From an uncultured virus (IMG/VR IMGVR_UViG_3300050015_000917) (lineage: Duplodnaviria > Heunggongvirae > Uroviricota > Caudoviricetes), in the IMG/VR virus record IMGVR_UViG_3300050015_000917, positions 58,426-78,425 of that record: a stretch of 20,000 bases of DNA; one strand, 5' to 3'. This document shows, one piece after another, positions 1 through 8,186 of this stretch. A program made the position numbers and the translations under genes. The notes under the pieces were generated by a model. It was not told the origin of the DNA. It ran no database searches and was given only the letters and a program-made list of their open reading frames with translations. How positions within the stretch are numbered: position 1 is the first letter of the stretch; each line of letters opens with the position of its first letter.

Positions 1-533
1 GAACTACCAGTATAAATAAGACGAATTTTTTGCTCGGGATTTTTCCAAACTTCTACAGTTCCGTTTTTCATAATTTTTAAGTCAAATCCTGGACCTGTTC
101 CTTTTACAACATTGATTTTAGCTAAAGAAGTAATACTAGAATACCCTATTTTATTAGAATTATATGCTGTATCACGAGCTTCTACTGGTCTTCGACTTGC
201 AGGTTGTTTTTCAATAGGAATTCTGCTAAATGCGACTTCAATAGCTTCTTCATCATCTCCTACAGAATTCATTGATGCCATTATTCGAATATTTCGAATA
301 TCATTTTCCCCACTTAAATCGCAAGCTCTTGTAAAAAATACTCCTGCAATAGGAGAATAAAGACTCTTATAAACTTCTATGGATGCATATCCTCGAGCTA
401 AAGCTTTACCTGGTTCTTCTATTTCGCCGGCCATTCGAACAGCTAATTTAAAAGCTTCATAAAGATCCCCATCGGATTTTTTCTGAATATCCAGGATTCT
501 CATTAAATCCTTTGTTCCGTATTGTGCTGTCAT
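1..533 (-). CDS. hypothetical protein, 3' end runs off the window
   Basis: Absent from the ORF track. Manual translation from ATG at 533 (ATGA overlap with the stop of 530..787) gives MTAQYGTKDLMRILDIQKKSDGDLYEAFKLAVRMAGEIEEPGKALARGY..., open to position 1. Confidence 0.85.
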   Translation of the reverse strand, partial: MTAQYGTKDLMRILDIQKKSDGDLYEAFKLAVRMAGEIEEPGKALARGYASIEVYKSLYSPIAGVFFTRACDLSGENDIRNIRIMASMNSVGDDEEAIEVAFSRIPIEKQPASRRPVEARDTAYNSNKIGYSSITSLAKINVVKGTGPGFDLKIMKNGTVEVWKNPEQKIRLIYTGS

Positions 534-787
534 TTTGGCAAAATTTTCTTTATATTTAATTTTATGTTATCTGTTATTAGGGTTGTATTAAAAGTATCCA
601 AAAGATTAATTATTGCTGTTTCTTTTGTTTCTCCCTGGCTAATAATTCCATAATCTGGTTTAAAAAAAGCAGTATATCCACCGAGAGTTATATCTTCTAC
701 CAAAATAATTTTCCCAAGTTTTACCTCAAAGGCCTTTTGCTCTCGAGTTTCCCCTTTTTCAAAATTTTCATATTTAACTCTACTCAT
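530..787 (-). CDS. HicB-like antitoxin-domain protein
   Basis: ED..GGYTAFFKPDYGIISQGETKETAIINL matches the HicB N-terminal pattern (E..GGY.A..P...G..sqGeT.eEA..N). Confidence 0.7.
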   Translation of the reverse strand: MSRVKYENFEKGETREQKAFEVKLGKIILVEDITLGGYTAFFKPDYGIISQGETKETAIINLLDTFNTTLITDNIKLNIKKILPK

Positions 788-788
788 A

Positions 789-1547
789 TTAAAAAGTATC
801 GAATTTTTGTATATCTGAGTCTAACATTAGTTTTTCACCATCCCAGCAATGGAGACTTCCAAGCCAGCAAAAGAATTCCCCCATTTTAAGCTCTTTATCA
901 ACCTGATCCCTAACATATTGGCCAAGTCTAATACTCATATACATATCATTTTTAAAATGACGACGAATATCGCAACTTCGAATAAGATAAGTCATATTCA
1001 ATTTTCCTCGTCGTATTAAAAAATGATAACCAATTGTACAGGGTAGGCGAACCCCATTTTCTGCAGAATCTTGAGGATGCCAAATAGCATAAAAAGCCTG
1101 TCTCCCCCCTGGATCATTTTTTAATCTTGTAATTAAATCATTAAAATCCCCAAAGTTATATCCCATTTTGCCAGTTCCTTTGAGAGTTTTATCTGGCCAA
1201 AATCTTTCTTGATAAGTATGAGAGAAAAAGTGTTCCCCTTCAGCTCGGAAAACCCCATCATGTTTTTCTGGAGTATAATAAGGCCAATTTAGATATTCAA
1301 CTCCAGGATTTGTTGGTTCCCCAGCAATCCTTTCTTGAAAATGATCTTCAGACCAAGGATAATCGCATTTTGTTTCTCTTTTGAGTTCATCCTGGCTTTC
1401 TGGCATTTTAGTAATTTTGAAATTATAATTAATGATTTCAAAAAGAGCGTCAGGAGGAGTGGTAGCTTGCCATTTTTCTGAAGTTACAATTTCTCCTTTG
1501 CTTTTTAAGGTCTCGAAAGCTTTTCTTAATTCATCACGTGTATTCAT
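789..1547 (-). CDS. thymidylate-synthase-fold enzyme, probable dCMP hydroxymethylase-like pyrimidine-modifying enzyme
   Basis: Catalytic LPC, HFLIR, RSCD and GSLH motifs. RSCDIRRHFKND places Asp where E. coli ThyA has Asn177 and T4 gp42 has Asp179. Confidence 0.85.
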   Translation of the reverse strand: MNTRDELRKAFETLKSKGEIVTSEKWQATTPPDALFEIINYNFKITKMPESQDELKRETKCDYPWSEDHFQERIAGEPTNPGVEYLNWPYYTPEKHDGVFRAEGEHFFSHTYQERFWPDKTLKGTGKMGYNFGDFNDLITRLKNDPGGRQAFYAIWHPQDSAENGVRLPCTIGYHFLIRRGKLNMTYLIRSCDIRRHFKNDMYMSIRLGQYVRDQVDKELKMGEFFCWLGSLHCWDGEKLMLDSDIQKFDTF

Positions 1548-1549
1548 TC

Positions 1550-2482
1550 TTATTTTATTTCTTTTATTGGATAATCCATAATTTCTTTTAATTGCTGAAT
1601 ATATTCATTATATTGAACTTTCTTAAAGCGTTTTATATAAGCAGGATGATAAATAGTTTCTCCAAAGCCAACTTGTTCTCGAACCTCTTTCCCCAAACAA
1701 ATAACTTTTCGAGGTTTAATTATTTCATATTCTTCTTTTAGTGCTTTGGCATTTAATTCTCTGTTGCCTTCACATTTATTCCAATTTGTAAAATATGGCA
1801 TTTGCTTAGTAGGATAAACCCCGGCATCAAATAAGCAATGATGAAAAAATTCTGAAGATCCAGTATTACTTGAGAATGCACGAACAAATCCTTTACCAAT
1901 TGAATAATTACTTGGCATATCCCCAATAAACATAATGCATCCTTCTTCGTAATAATTTCCTGTAGAAAGAAATTTTTGAAGTCTGACAGCTTTTTCCTGT
2001 CTCATTCGATGAATATCTTCTATGACTTTAAGTATAGTATCAATATTATTTTGCTTATAGTCATAAGTAAAAACCGGAACATAAGTATCTTCCATGACAG
2101 CATCATAGAAATGGATCATTTGATCAATTTCTTCAATTTTCACATAATCATCCCCACGAACATGGATATTTTTTAATATGGTTTCTTTGGTAGGGCGAAG
2201 GTAGAGAATAACTGGAGCAAATGGCATTAAACCTGCTTCAATAAGATATTGATGCCAAGGTTGCATTTGATCCCTTCCTTCTTTAAATTGAGGGTATACG
2301 AGCTCGCTCGTGTAATATCTTTCAAGATAAAAAGGAGCATAATGAGCTGGGGAATGAAGATAATAACTAAGCTGATTTTGTTTAGGATAAAATGGTTTAA
2401 CCACCGGAATTTGAGAATGGGACTTAATATATTCTACCAAGAAACTTTTACCTCCTCCATCTGGTCCGTCAATGCAAATCAT
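1550..2482 (-). CDS. dNMP (thymidylate-type) kinase fused to a uracil-DNA glycosylase-like domain
   Basis: N-terminal P-loop IDGPDGGGKS, ERYYTSELVY and RGDDY. C-terminal IMFIGDMPS, YFTNWNKC, IIKPRKVICLG and HPAY resemble family 4/5 UDG motifs. Confidence 0.8.
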   Translation of the reverse strand: MICIDGPDGGGKSFLVEYIKSHSQIPVVKPFYPKQNQLSYYLHSPAHYAPFYLERYYTSELVYPQFKEGRDQMQPWHQYLIEAGLMPFAPVILYLRPTKETILKNIHVRGDDYVKIEEIDQMIHFYDAVMEDTYVPVFTYDYKQNNIDTILKVIEDIHRMRQEKAVRLQKFLSTGNYYEEGCIMFIGDMPSNYSIGKGFVRAFSSNTGSSEFFHHCLFDAGVYPTKQMPYFTNWNKCEGNRELNAKALKEEYEIIKPRKVICLGKEVREQVGFGETIYHPAYIKRFKKVQYNEYIQQLKEIMDYPIKEIK

Positions 2483-2555
2483 TAGATTATGTATTAAATG
2501 TTTATATGTTTTACGTATTAAATCTTAAAAAGTTTTGATTCAATAAGAAAAATAT

Positions 2556-3242
2556 TTAGGATCCTACTAATTTATCTGTTCCTTCCCACACAAATTCCTC
2601 AACTGGTAAATGTTTATTGCAGCCACAGCAAAATGTTGCTCCATAAAATTTTGGATTTCTTGCATATGTTTCAGAAAGCGCATTTCCCATAGTCGTTGTA
2701 GTTCCACAACCGCCAAGTTTATTGCCCAATCTCCAAGCATCAAATTCTTTTTGAGTTACATAAGCTCCTCCAAGATGTTTCCCATCAGTTCCATTTATAC
2801 CTAGAATTGCTACATATTTCTTATTTTTATCTTCCGGATATTTTTCATGAAATTCTTGTTTTTCTTCTTCTGTAAGCATTTTATCTATGCCCGCATAATT
2901 GTGTATCCTACCAACATGGATATAAGAATTTCTTACAGGGCGAACAAATCCTTTTGCTCTTTCTTCTTCTGAAAGAACTAAATAAATTTCATGTTGTCCG
3001 GTTTCATTTTTTTGACCTTCTTTTAATTTAGGGTCATTATGATCAGTTGTTAAATGATTTGATTTAACTGGGATAAGTTTAGGTTTAATCGGTTCTTTAT
3101 ATTCAATCTTAGGATCTTCTTTATATTTAAGAAAATTTTCTGCATTTCTGCCGGAATATTCAGGATCACATTGAATAGCTGTTGCATATCCTTCCATAAG
3201 CTCTATAAGCTCTTTTCTTGATTTTGGCAATTTTGTTGTCAT
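2556..3242 (-). CDS. hypothetical protein, putative Zn-binding
   Basis: 228 aa ORF in the operon. YIH...GCG...FCCGC..H pattern and a VLSEEERAKGFVRPVR block. Confidence 0.75.
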   Translation of the reverse strand: MTTKLPKSRKELIELMEGYATAIQCDPEYSGRNAENFLKYKEDPKIEYKEPIKPKLIPVKSNHLTTDHNDPKLKEGQKNETGQHEIYLVLSEEERAKGFVRPVRNSYIHVGRIHNYAGIDKMLTEEEKQEFHEKYPEDKNKKYVAILGINGTDGKHLGGAYVTQKEFDAWRLGNKLGGCGTTTTMGNALSETYARNPKFYGATFCCGCNKHLPVEEFVWEGTDKLVGS

Positions 3243-3520
3243 ATTATTTTATATTTTTGGGTCCATTCTGATTCAGGATATGCTTCTTTTACTAATTGAG
3301 CATATGACATATTTTTTGGAATTTTTTTCATGTATTCATATGCCCCAGAGTATTTTGTTCTTAAGTATCCTGCATGTGTAAGATAATTTCTATAATTATC
3401 TGCGGTAGAAGCTCCCGTCCATCTTCCATTTAATTTTATGAGATCTTGTCTATAGATAAGATCCCCAATTTTTTTACTTTGGATGTAAGTAATAACTGCT
3501 GGTAATACTATTCCTTCCAT
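3239..3520 (-). CDS. hypothetical protein
   Basis: 93 aa ORF with 4 bp overlap with the downstream gene. Confidence 0.7.
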   Translation of the reverse strand: MEGIVLPAVITYIQSKKIGDLIYRQDLIKLNGRWTGASTADNYRNYLTHAGYLRTKYSGAYEYMKKIPKNMSYAQLVKEAYPESEWTQKYKII

Positions 3521-3526
3521 ATTAAT

Positions 3527-3739
3527 TTATTTTATTATTTCTTCTTTATCTAAAAAATAATTTAACTGATTTATGCTTTCAAGTACAGCAAATGCTGCAT
3601 CTGCCATATATTTTTCAAGATTATTTGGAATCCATCCAATATTATTATCTTCTTTAGTTTCATCTTCAAGAAATTTATCCATAACCCCAATAAGATGGAA
3701 CTTAAGTTCAGCTTTTTCTTTATCTGTTAATTGATTCAT
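3527..3739 (-). CDS. hypothetical protein
   Basis: 70 aa ORF, first of the operon, preceded by an AT-rich promoter-like region. Confidence 0.7.
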   Translation of the reverse strand: MNQLTDKEKAELKFHLIGVMDKFLEDETKEDNNIGWIPNNLEKYMADAAFAVLESINQLNYFLDKEEIIK

Positions 3740-3775
3740 AATTTATTTTAATATATTATAGATCTTTATATGACT

Positions 3776-3801
3776 AAAAAAGGGACTAGTTTTAAAGTCC
3801 C
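3776..3801 (-). terminator. Rho-independent terminator
   Basis: Minus strand GGGACT-ttaaaact-AGTCCC followed by TTTTTT, spanning the stop codon of 3792..4529. Confidence 0.7.
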
Positions 3802-4529
3802 ATATCATATTGATCTAAATATTTTTGTTCCCAATCTAGAGCTTCTTCTGGAGTAGGATACACCGGAGGGGTACTATTATAAGGTTCTCCTGAATTATTA
3901 AGAGCCATATAGTAACCAATTCCATCTGAACCAGATACTTTAGTAATTTTAATCAAATGATTATTATAATTAATAATATCCCACATAACTCTATCAAAAA
4001 CAGCAGGGATTTCAAATCCCCAATCTGTTTCTTGGTCCAATTTTTTAAGTTGAGCTTTTTTACCAATGCCCATTGATGCTTTAGACTCTAATCCTCTTTC
4101 AAAATCAAGAGATTCATAAACAAATTTTGCTTGGAGTTTTTCTAAAATGAAATCATAAAATTCTTCCTTTTGCATCGGAAGATAAAAATTCTTAGTAGGA
4201 TTCATTCCAATACCCGTCCACTCTTCAATATGAACTTTATTTTCTCCTCTTTTTAATCTTTCAAGAAATTTATCTCTAACGATAGCTTTCATCTTATAAA
4301 GACTTTTGCCATTTACAGCAAGATCCCATCCATTTCGAGAATTTTCTTTTAACTCAATTCTAATCCATCCGCCATCAAAGATTGTATCCCAAAAATCTTC
4401 ATTATAATCTTCTTCATCAGGAAAAAAGTTCATAAGATATTCAAGATGATGGGTATTCGGATCCATCTTCTCAAGTTTACCCTCAGGATCAACCATATAT
4501 AATTCATCTCTAAGACCAATATCACTCAT
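3792..4529 (-). CDS. hypothetical two-module protein with an internal ES.F.RG...M.IG motif
   Basis: 245 aa ORF. Internal VYESLDFERGLESKASMGIG resembles the N-terminus of 9155..9604. Confidence 0.8.
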   Translation of the reverse strand: MSDIGLRDELYMVDPEGKLEKMDPNTHHLEYLMNFFPDEEDYNEDFWDTIFDGGWIRIELKENSRNGWDLAVNGKSLYKMKAIVRDKFLERLKRGENKVHIEEWTGIGMNPTKNFYLPMQKEEFYDFILEKLQAKFVYESLDFERGLESKASMGIGKKAQLKKLDQETDWGFEIPAVFDRVMWDIINYNNHLIKITKVSGSDGIGYYMALNNSGEPYNSTPPVYPTPEEALDWEQKYLDQYDMGL

Positions 4530-4893
4530 TGATTGGAATAGACATTTTAATTAGCTCGAAAATTGGAATAATTCCTTTTTCCCCATATTGTTGAATTCCT
4601 TCTAAGGCTGATATAGTCATAGAATTTTCATAATCTTTTTCTCCTACTGTAAGCCAAACTCCAACACTATCAAATTCATCTTTCGTTTTTTCTATAAGAT
4701 CCTGATAGATTAATTGAGAAGCTTCTTTAAGAATTTGTAATCTATCTTTTTCGTTTGCTTCAGTTTTTTCTACATATGCGTTAAATTGAAAAGATCCCGA
4801 CGTTTTTATAATATAATCATTCTTTCCAGTAGAAGGATCTACTTCCCCTCGAGTTTCCATAAGAGAAATTTTTATTTGTTTAATGTCTGTCAT
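4522..4893 (-). CDS. hypothetical protein
   Basis: 123 aa ORF tightly packed in the operon. Confidence 0.75.
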   Translation of the reverse strand: MTDIKQIKISLMETRGEVDPSTGKNDYIIKTSGSFQFNAYVEKTEANEKDRLQILKEASQLIYQDLIEKTKDEFDSVGVWLTVGEKDYENSMTISALEGIQQYGEKGIIPIFELIKMSIPINE

Positions 4894-4902
4894 ATTAAGA
4901 AT

Positions 4903-5607
4903 TTATTGTTGTCCTATACCTTGAATGGGTATCCCCGATACCGCTGGATTCTGAGTTGCATTTGGTTGTCCAAAAGCCATTTTAGTTGCATTTGCATCTA
5001 TATCAGTAGAATTTGGTTGTACTGCACTTTCATTCTCAGGTTTTGGAGCTGGTTCAAGTCCTTGATTAGCACCTGGTATTTCAGCAACTGTATTAAAGTT
5101 TGTTCTTTCTGCCCAATAATCAGATCCGTAGTTAATAGTAAGTTCTTGGTGCATACTAATAGGACGATTTGTTATAAAATACATTTGTCGACTTTTTGGA
5201 TTATAAGCATAATCTAAATTAGGTTTATCCGAATGCCTATAAAGAGAGCCATATCCTAAAACAAGACCCCATTGACCCTTATTTTTATCAAGTTCAAAAA
5301 TAAGATCCTTAACTTTTTCAATGGTTTTAGCAATTTCCCCAACAAGAACTACCGGGCAAATTTCTACAACTTCCCCTTTGGCAAATTGAGTTTTTCCCAT
5401 AATAGTATAATCCCCACCGGGACGTTTAGAATATTCTACTCTTCCCAGATTAAAAGATTCCTTTTTAAGTTTAAAAAATCCCCCAAAATCTTTTACCTGT
5501 TGGGGTTCTTTTTTCTTAAATTTATCTTCTTCATCAAATGGATTGTAAAAATCCTCATTAAGTTTTTTTTCAAACTCCTCTAATGATATAATTTTTGTTC
5601 CGGACAT
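4903..5607 (-). CDS. SET-domain protein (putative protein-lysine methyltransferase)
   Basis: KGEVVEICPV, LGYGSLYRHSDKPN and RPISMHQELTINYGSDYW match SET motifs (NHSxxPN, ELxxxYG). Low-complexity P/Q/N tail. Confidence 0.85.
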   Translation of the reverse strand: MSGTKIISLEEFEKKLNEDFYNPFDEEDKFKKKEPQQVKDFGGFFKLKKESFNLGRVEYSKRPGGDYTIMGKTQFAKGEVVEICPVVLVGEIAKTIEKVKDLIFELDKNKGQWGLVLGYGSLYRHSDKPNLDYAYNPKSRQMYFITNRPISMHQELTINYGSDYWAERTNFNTVAEIPGANQGLEPAPKPENESAVQPNSTDIDANATKMAFGQPNATQNPAVSGIPIQGIGQQ

Positions 5608-5609
5608 AT

Positions 5610-7304
5610 TTATGAATAAAGTTTATTGTATAGTTTAAAAGAAACAAAAGACTCAAGTAATATATTTTCAACAGAATCTGAGCCGAGATATTTTTTAATT
5701 TTATTAATAACTTCTGCAGATTTACTCTTGGGATCTTTAGCAGCAGCATATTTAAGAAGCTTGATTACTCTCTTTGCATTAGAAAGTGCTTTAATTTTCT
5801 TTTCCTTAGAAATACCCGGTAGTTTAACAAATCTTTCGATAGAAGATACCATATTATTGCTTGTAGCAAAAATTATATCGGAAAGCATTAATTCCCAATC
5901 ATTTTCAGAAAGACTTCTATCTTTTGCTTGGCTAAGAAGAATTTCATCAAATTCTGTAAAAACTTTCTCAGCTTTTTCAAGTTCCTTTACTGGATCTATA
6001 GAAGGTCCTCCTTTAAGTTCCTTTCCTAATTGAACAAGAAGATCGATTAAAGAAGGATTGGATATCCCTCTTTCTATTGCTTTAATTTTTTCTCTATAAA
6101 TATCGGGATCCTCTAAAAGAATTTCAATTGCTTTTTCTGAAAAAGCTTTAGGATTATTTCTATAAGCATCAATTAATTCATCCCCTATTTTTTTACGAGT
6201 ATCTCTTGAAGGATTTTTAAGAAGAATCTCTAATTTAGAAGCAAGCTCTTTTAAAAGTTTTTCTCCAAATTTTTCTTTTTTATCATTAGATCCTATTTCA
6301 TTTGCAGCTTCAATATCTTCTATAATATGATCAGCATCTGAAGTATTTTTAATTTCTTCTTTTCGAATAGGAATTTCTGAATCTTCTTCGTAATAAGTAA
6401 CCTCTATGGTTTCAGAATCCATATCAAAAGCAAAAGTAATATTATAGACTTTGGATTCCCCACCTTCATCAACAGATATTGTATACTCATCTTCCAGACC
6501 ATCCCCGAAATTTTTAAGTTCATCATCCAAATAAGCAACAAGTTTTTCAAAATCTGTTTTTGGTTGTTCAAGCTTTTGTTTTACTGTTTGTTTTTCTTCT
6601 CTAGCTAATACATCCCGGGATCTTTTGTTTTTATATCTTCTATCTTCAGCATCCTCAATTTCAACTTCAAGACGAGCAATCATTTTTTCTAAACCCTTAA
6701 CATGTTTATTGTTAATGATTTTGATGAGTTTTTCATAAGTTTGCTGTTTAATCTTGGAAACATATTCTTCCCATAGGAATTTAAGATCAGCTTGCCCCTT
6801 ATCAGAAAGCTCTACTTTAAGAACATATCCAGGTTGCTCAATTCTTTTGTGAATTCCAGCAGTATAAGCTTGAATGAGATTATCAATAGATTGCTGAAGA
6901 TGCTGAATTCGAGCTTCCTGATTTTTTTCAACTTCAGATTTAAATTTCTTTTGCTGATTTACGACGGCTCTTACTTCTGTTTCGTCATTAGACGATTTAG
7001 CTTTTTGAAGTTGTAATTCTAGATCTTTTCCTTTTTCAGTAATTTGAGTAATAGATTTATCTAATTCCCCTTCAAACTTTCTAATGATTCTTTCAACTCT
7101 AGTAATAATTTTCTTAGAATAGCGAATCATAATATTTTTTGCTTTTCTATAGCGAATAGCACGAGCAGGAAATGAAAGCATTCTATTAAAAGGAGTAGTC
7201 AATGCAGAATCATCATCTTTTTCTAATAGAAGATTTCCATCCCCATATTCTTTAGAAATGATCTCATCTAATTCTTTTTCGGCAATTAAGTTTAATAAAT
7301 CCAT
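5610..7304 (-). CDS. large coiled-coil protein, possible virion internal protein
   Basis: 564 aa, K/E-rich and helical. N-terminal region is similar to the 7307..8101 protein. Confidence 0.8.
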   Translation of the reverse strand: MDLLNLIAEKELDEIISKEYGDGNLLLEKDDDSALTTPFNRMLSFPARAIRYRKAKNIMIRYSKKIITRVERIIRKFEGELDKSITQITEKGKDLELQLQKAKSSNDETEVRAVVNQQKKFKSEVEKNQEARIQHLQQSIDNLIQAYTAGIHKRIEQPGYVLKVELSDKGQADLKFLWEEYVSKIKQQTYEKLIKIINNKHVKGLEKMIARLEVEIEDAEDRRYKNKRSRDVLAREEKQTVKQKLEQPKTDFEKLVAYLDDELKNFGDGLEDEYTISVDEGGESKVYNITFAFDMDSETIEVTYYEEDSEIPIRKEEIKNTSDADHIIEDIEAANEIGSNDKKEKFGEKLLKELASKLEILLKNPSRDTRKKIGDELIDAYRNNPKAFSEKAIEILLEDPDIYREKIKAIERGISNPSLIDLLVQLGKELKGGPSIDPVKELEKAEKVFTEFDEILLSQAKDRSLSENDWELMLSDIIFATSNNMVSSIERFVKLPGISKEKKIKALSNAKRVIKLLKYAAAKDPKSKSAEVINKIKKYLGSDSVENILLESFVSFKLYNKLYS

Positions 7305-7306
7305 AA

Positions 7307-8101
7307 TTATTTAACTTCTTCTGTTTTTACTTCCTCAGCGGGTTTTGTTTCTTCAGCAGGTTTTTCTGTTTTGGCTTCTTCGTCATCCTTTGCTTTAATT
7401 TCCCCTTTGAGTTTTTCAATCTGAGCTTTTAATTCAGTTTCTTTTTTCTTTTGAGGTTTGTTTAAAGCAGCATTGATCTGTTTAGCGGCTTTAAGAATAT
7501 CTGCATCTTTTATAACTTCGCCAATAGTATTATCATCCTGCACATTTATCTTTTGCAAAAGGTTCATTGTTATTTGAGTAGTTAAAAGCCCCCAATATGT
7601 TTGAAGTTCAGCAGTATTAGTTTCTTTTAACCCTTTTTTCTCAATAGCAGCAGTAATTTTTTTAGTATTAATATCGATAGCATTTTGAGCATATTTTAAA
7701 ATTTGATCCATTTGTCTAGTTTGGGTCTTTTGAATATTTTGAAGATCTACTTTAAGAGCAGCTACAATTTCTTTTGGCTGTTTTCCTTTTCCAACTTCAG
7801 CCATCTTTTTATAAACTTGTATCTTTAAATCTTTAATTGGTTTTAAAAATTTATTAGCTACATTTTGATTAATACCATCCATCAATTTTTTAGCTTGCTT
7901 ATTAAGTGATTTTCTCATTCTTCCTTTTTTAGTTATCCAGCCAGTTCCTTTAGCAGGTTTCTTAGTATCTAGGGTATCAAGATCTTTAGCAGGTTCATCA
8001 GCTTCTTTGATTAATTCAATATCAGAAGTTTTCCAGGAATTTATATCAGCTTTATTAGCTTCAAGTAATTTGCCAAATTCCAAAAATTGAGAATATTTCA
8101 T
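7307..8101 (-). CDS. Lys-rich coiled-coil protein, possible virion internal protein
   Basis: Start revised to ATG 8101 (MKYSQFLEF...). The extra 28 codons in the track cross the AT-rich divergent promoter region. Confidence 0.8.
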   Translation of the reverse strand: MKYSQFLEFGKLLEANKADINSWKTSDIELIKEADEPAKDLDTLDTKKPAKGTGWITKKGRMRKSLNKQAKKLMDGINQNVANKFLKPIKDLKIQVYKKMAEVGKGKQPKEIVAALKVDLQNIQKTQTRQMDQILKYAQNAIDINTKKITAAIEKKGLKETNTAELQTYWGLLTTQITMNLLQKINVQDDNTIGEVIKDADILKAAKQINAALNKPQKKKETELKAQIEKLKGEIKAKDDEEAKTEKPAEETKPAEEVKTEEVK

Positions 8102-8113
8102 ATTTGTAAAGAG

Positions 8114-8160
8114 TTTTTTATATATATCCTCTTTGAAGAAGAACAGATATATAAAATAAA
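8114..8160. promoter_or_regulatory. divergent pair of late-promoter-like motifs
   Basis: GATATATAAAATAAA on + (8146-8160) and GATATATATAAAAAA on - (8128-8114) lie between divergent genes and resemble the T4 late TATAAATA. Confidence 0.55.
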
Positions 8161-8186
8161 TTGAAGTTAAATTATAATAATCCAAT

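Noticed and set aside
112..7016. Plus-strand ORFs 112..360, 1976..2176, 2249..2485, 2610..2804, 4786..5217, 5272..5583, 5626..6033, 6792..7016
   Set aside because: Antisense shadows of well-supported minus-strand genes, with F/I/S-rich composition and no motifs.
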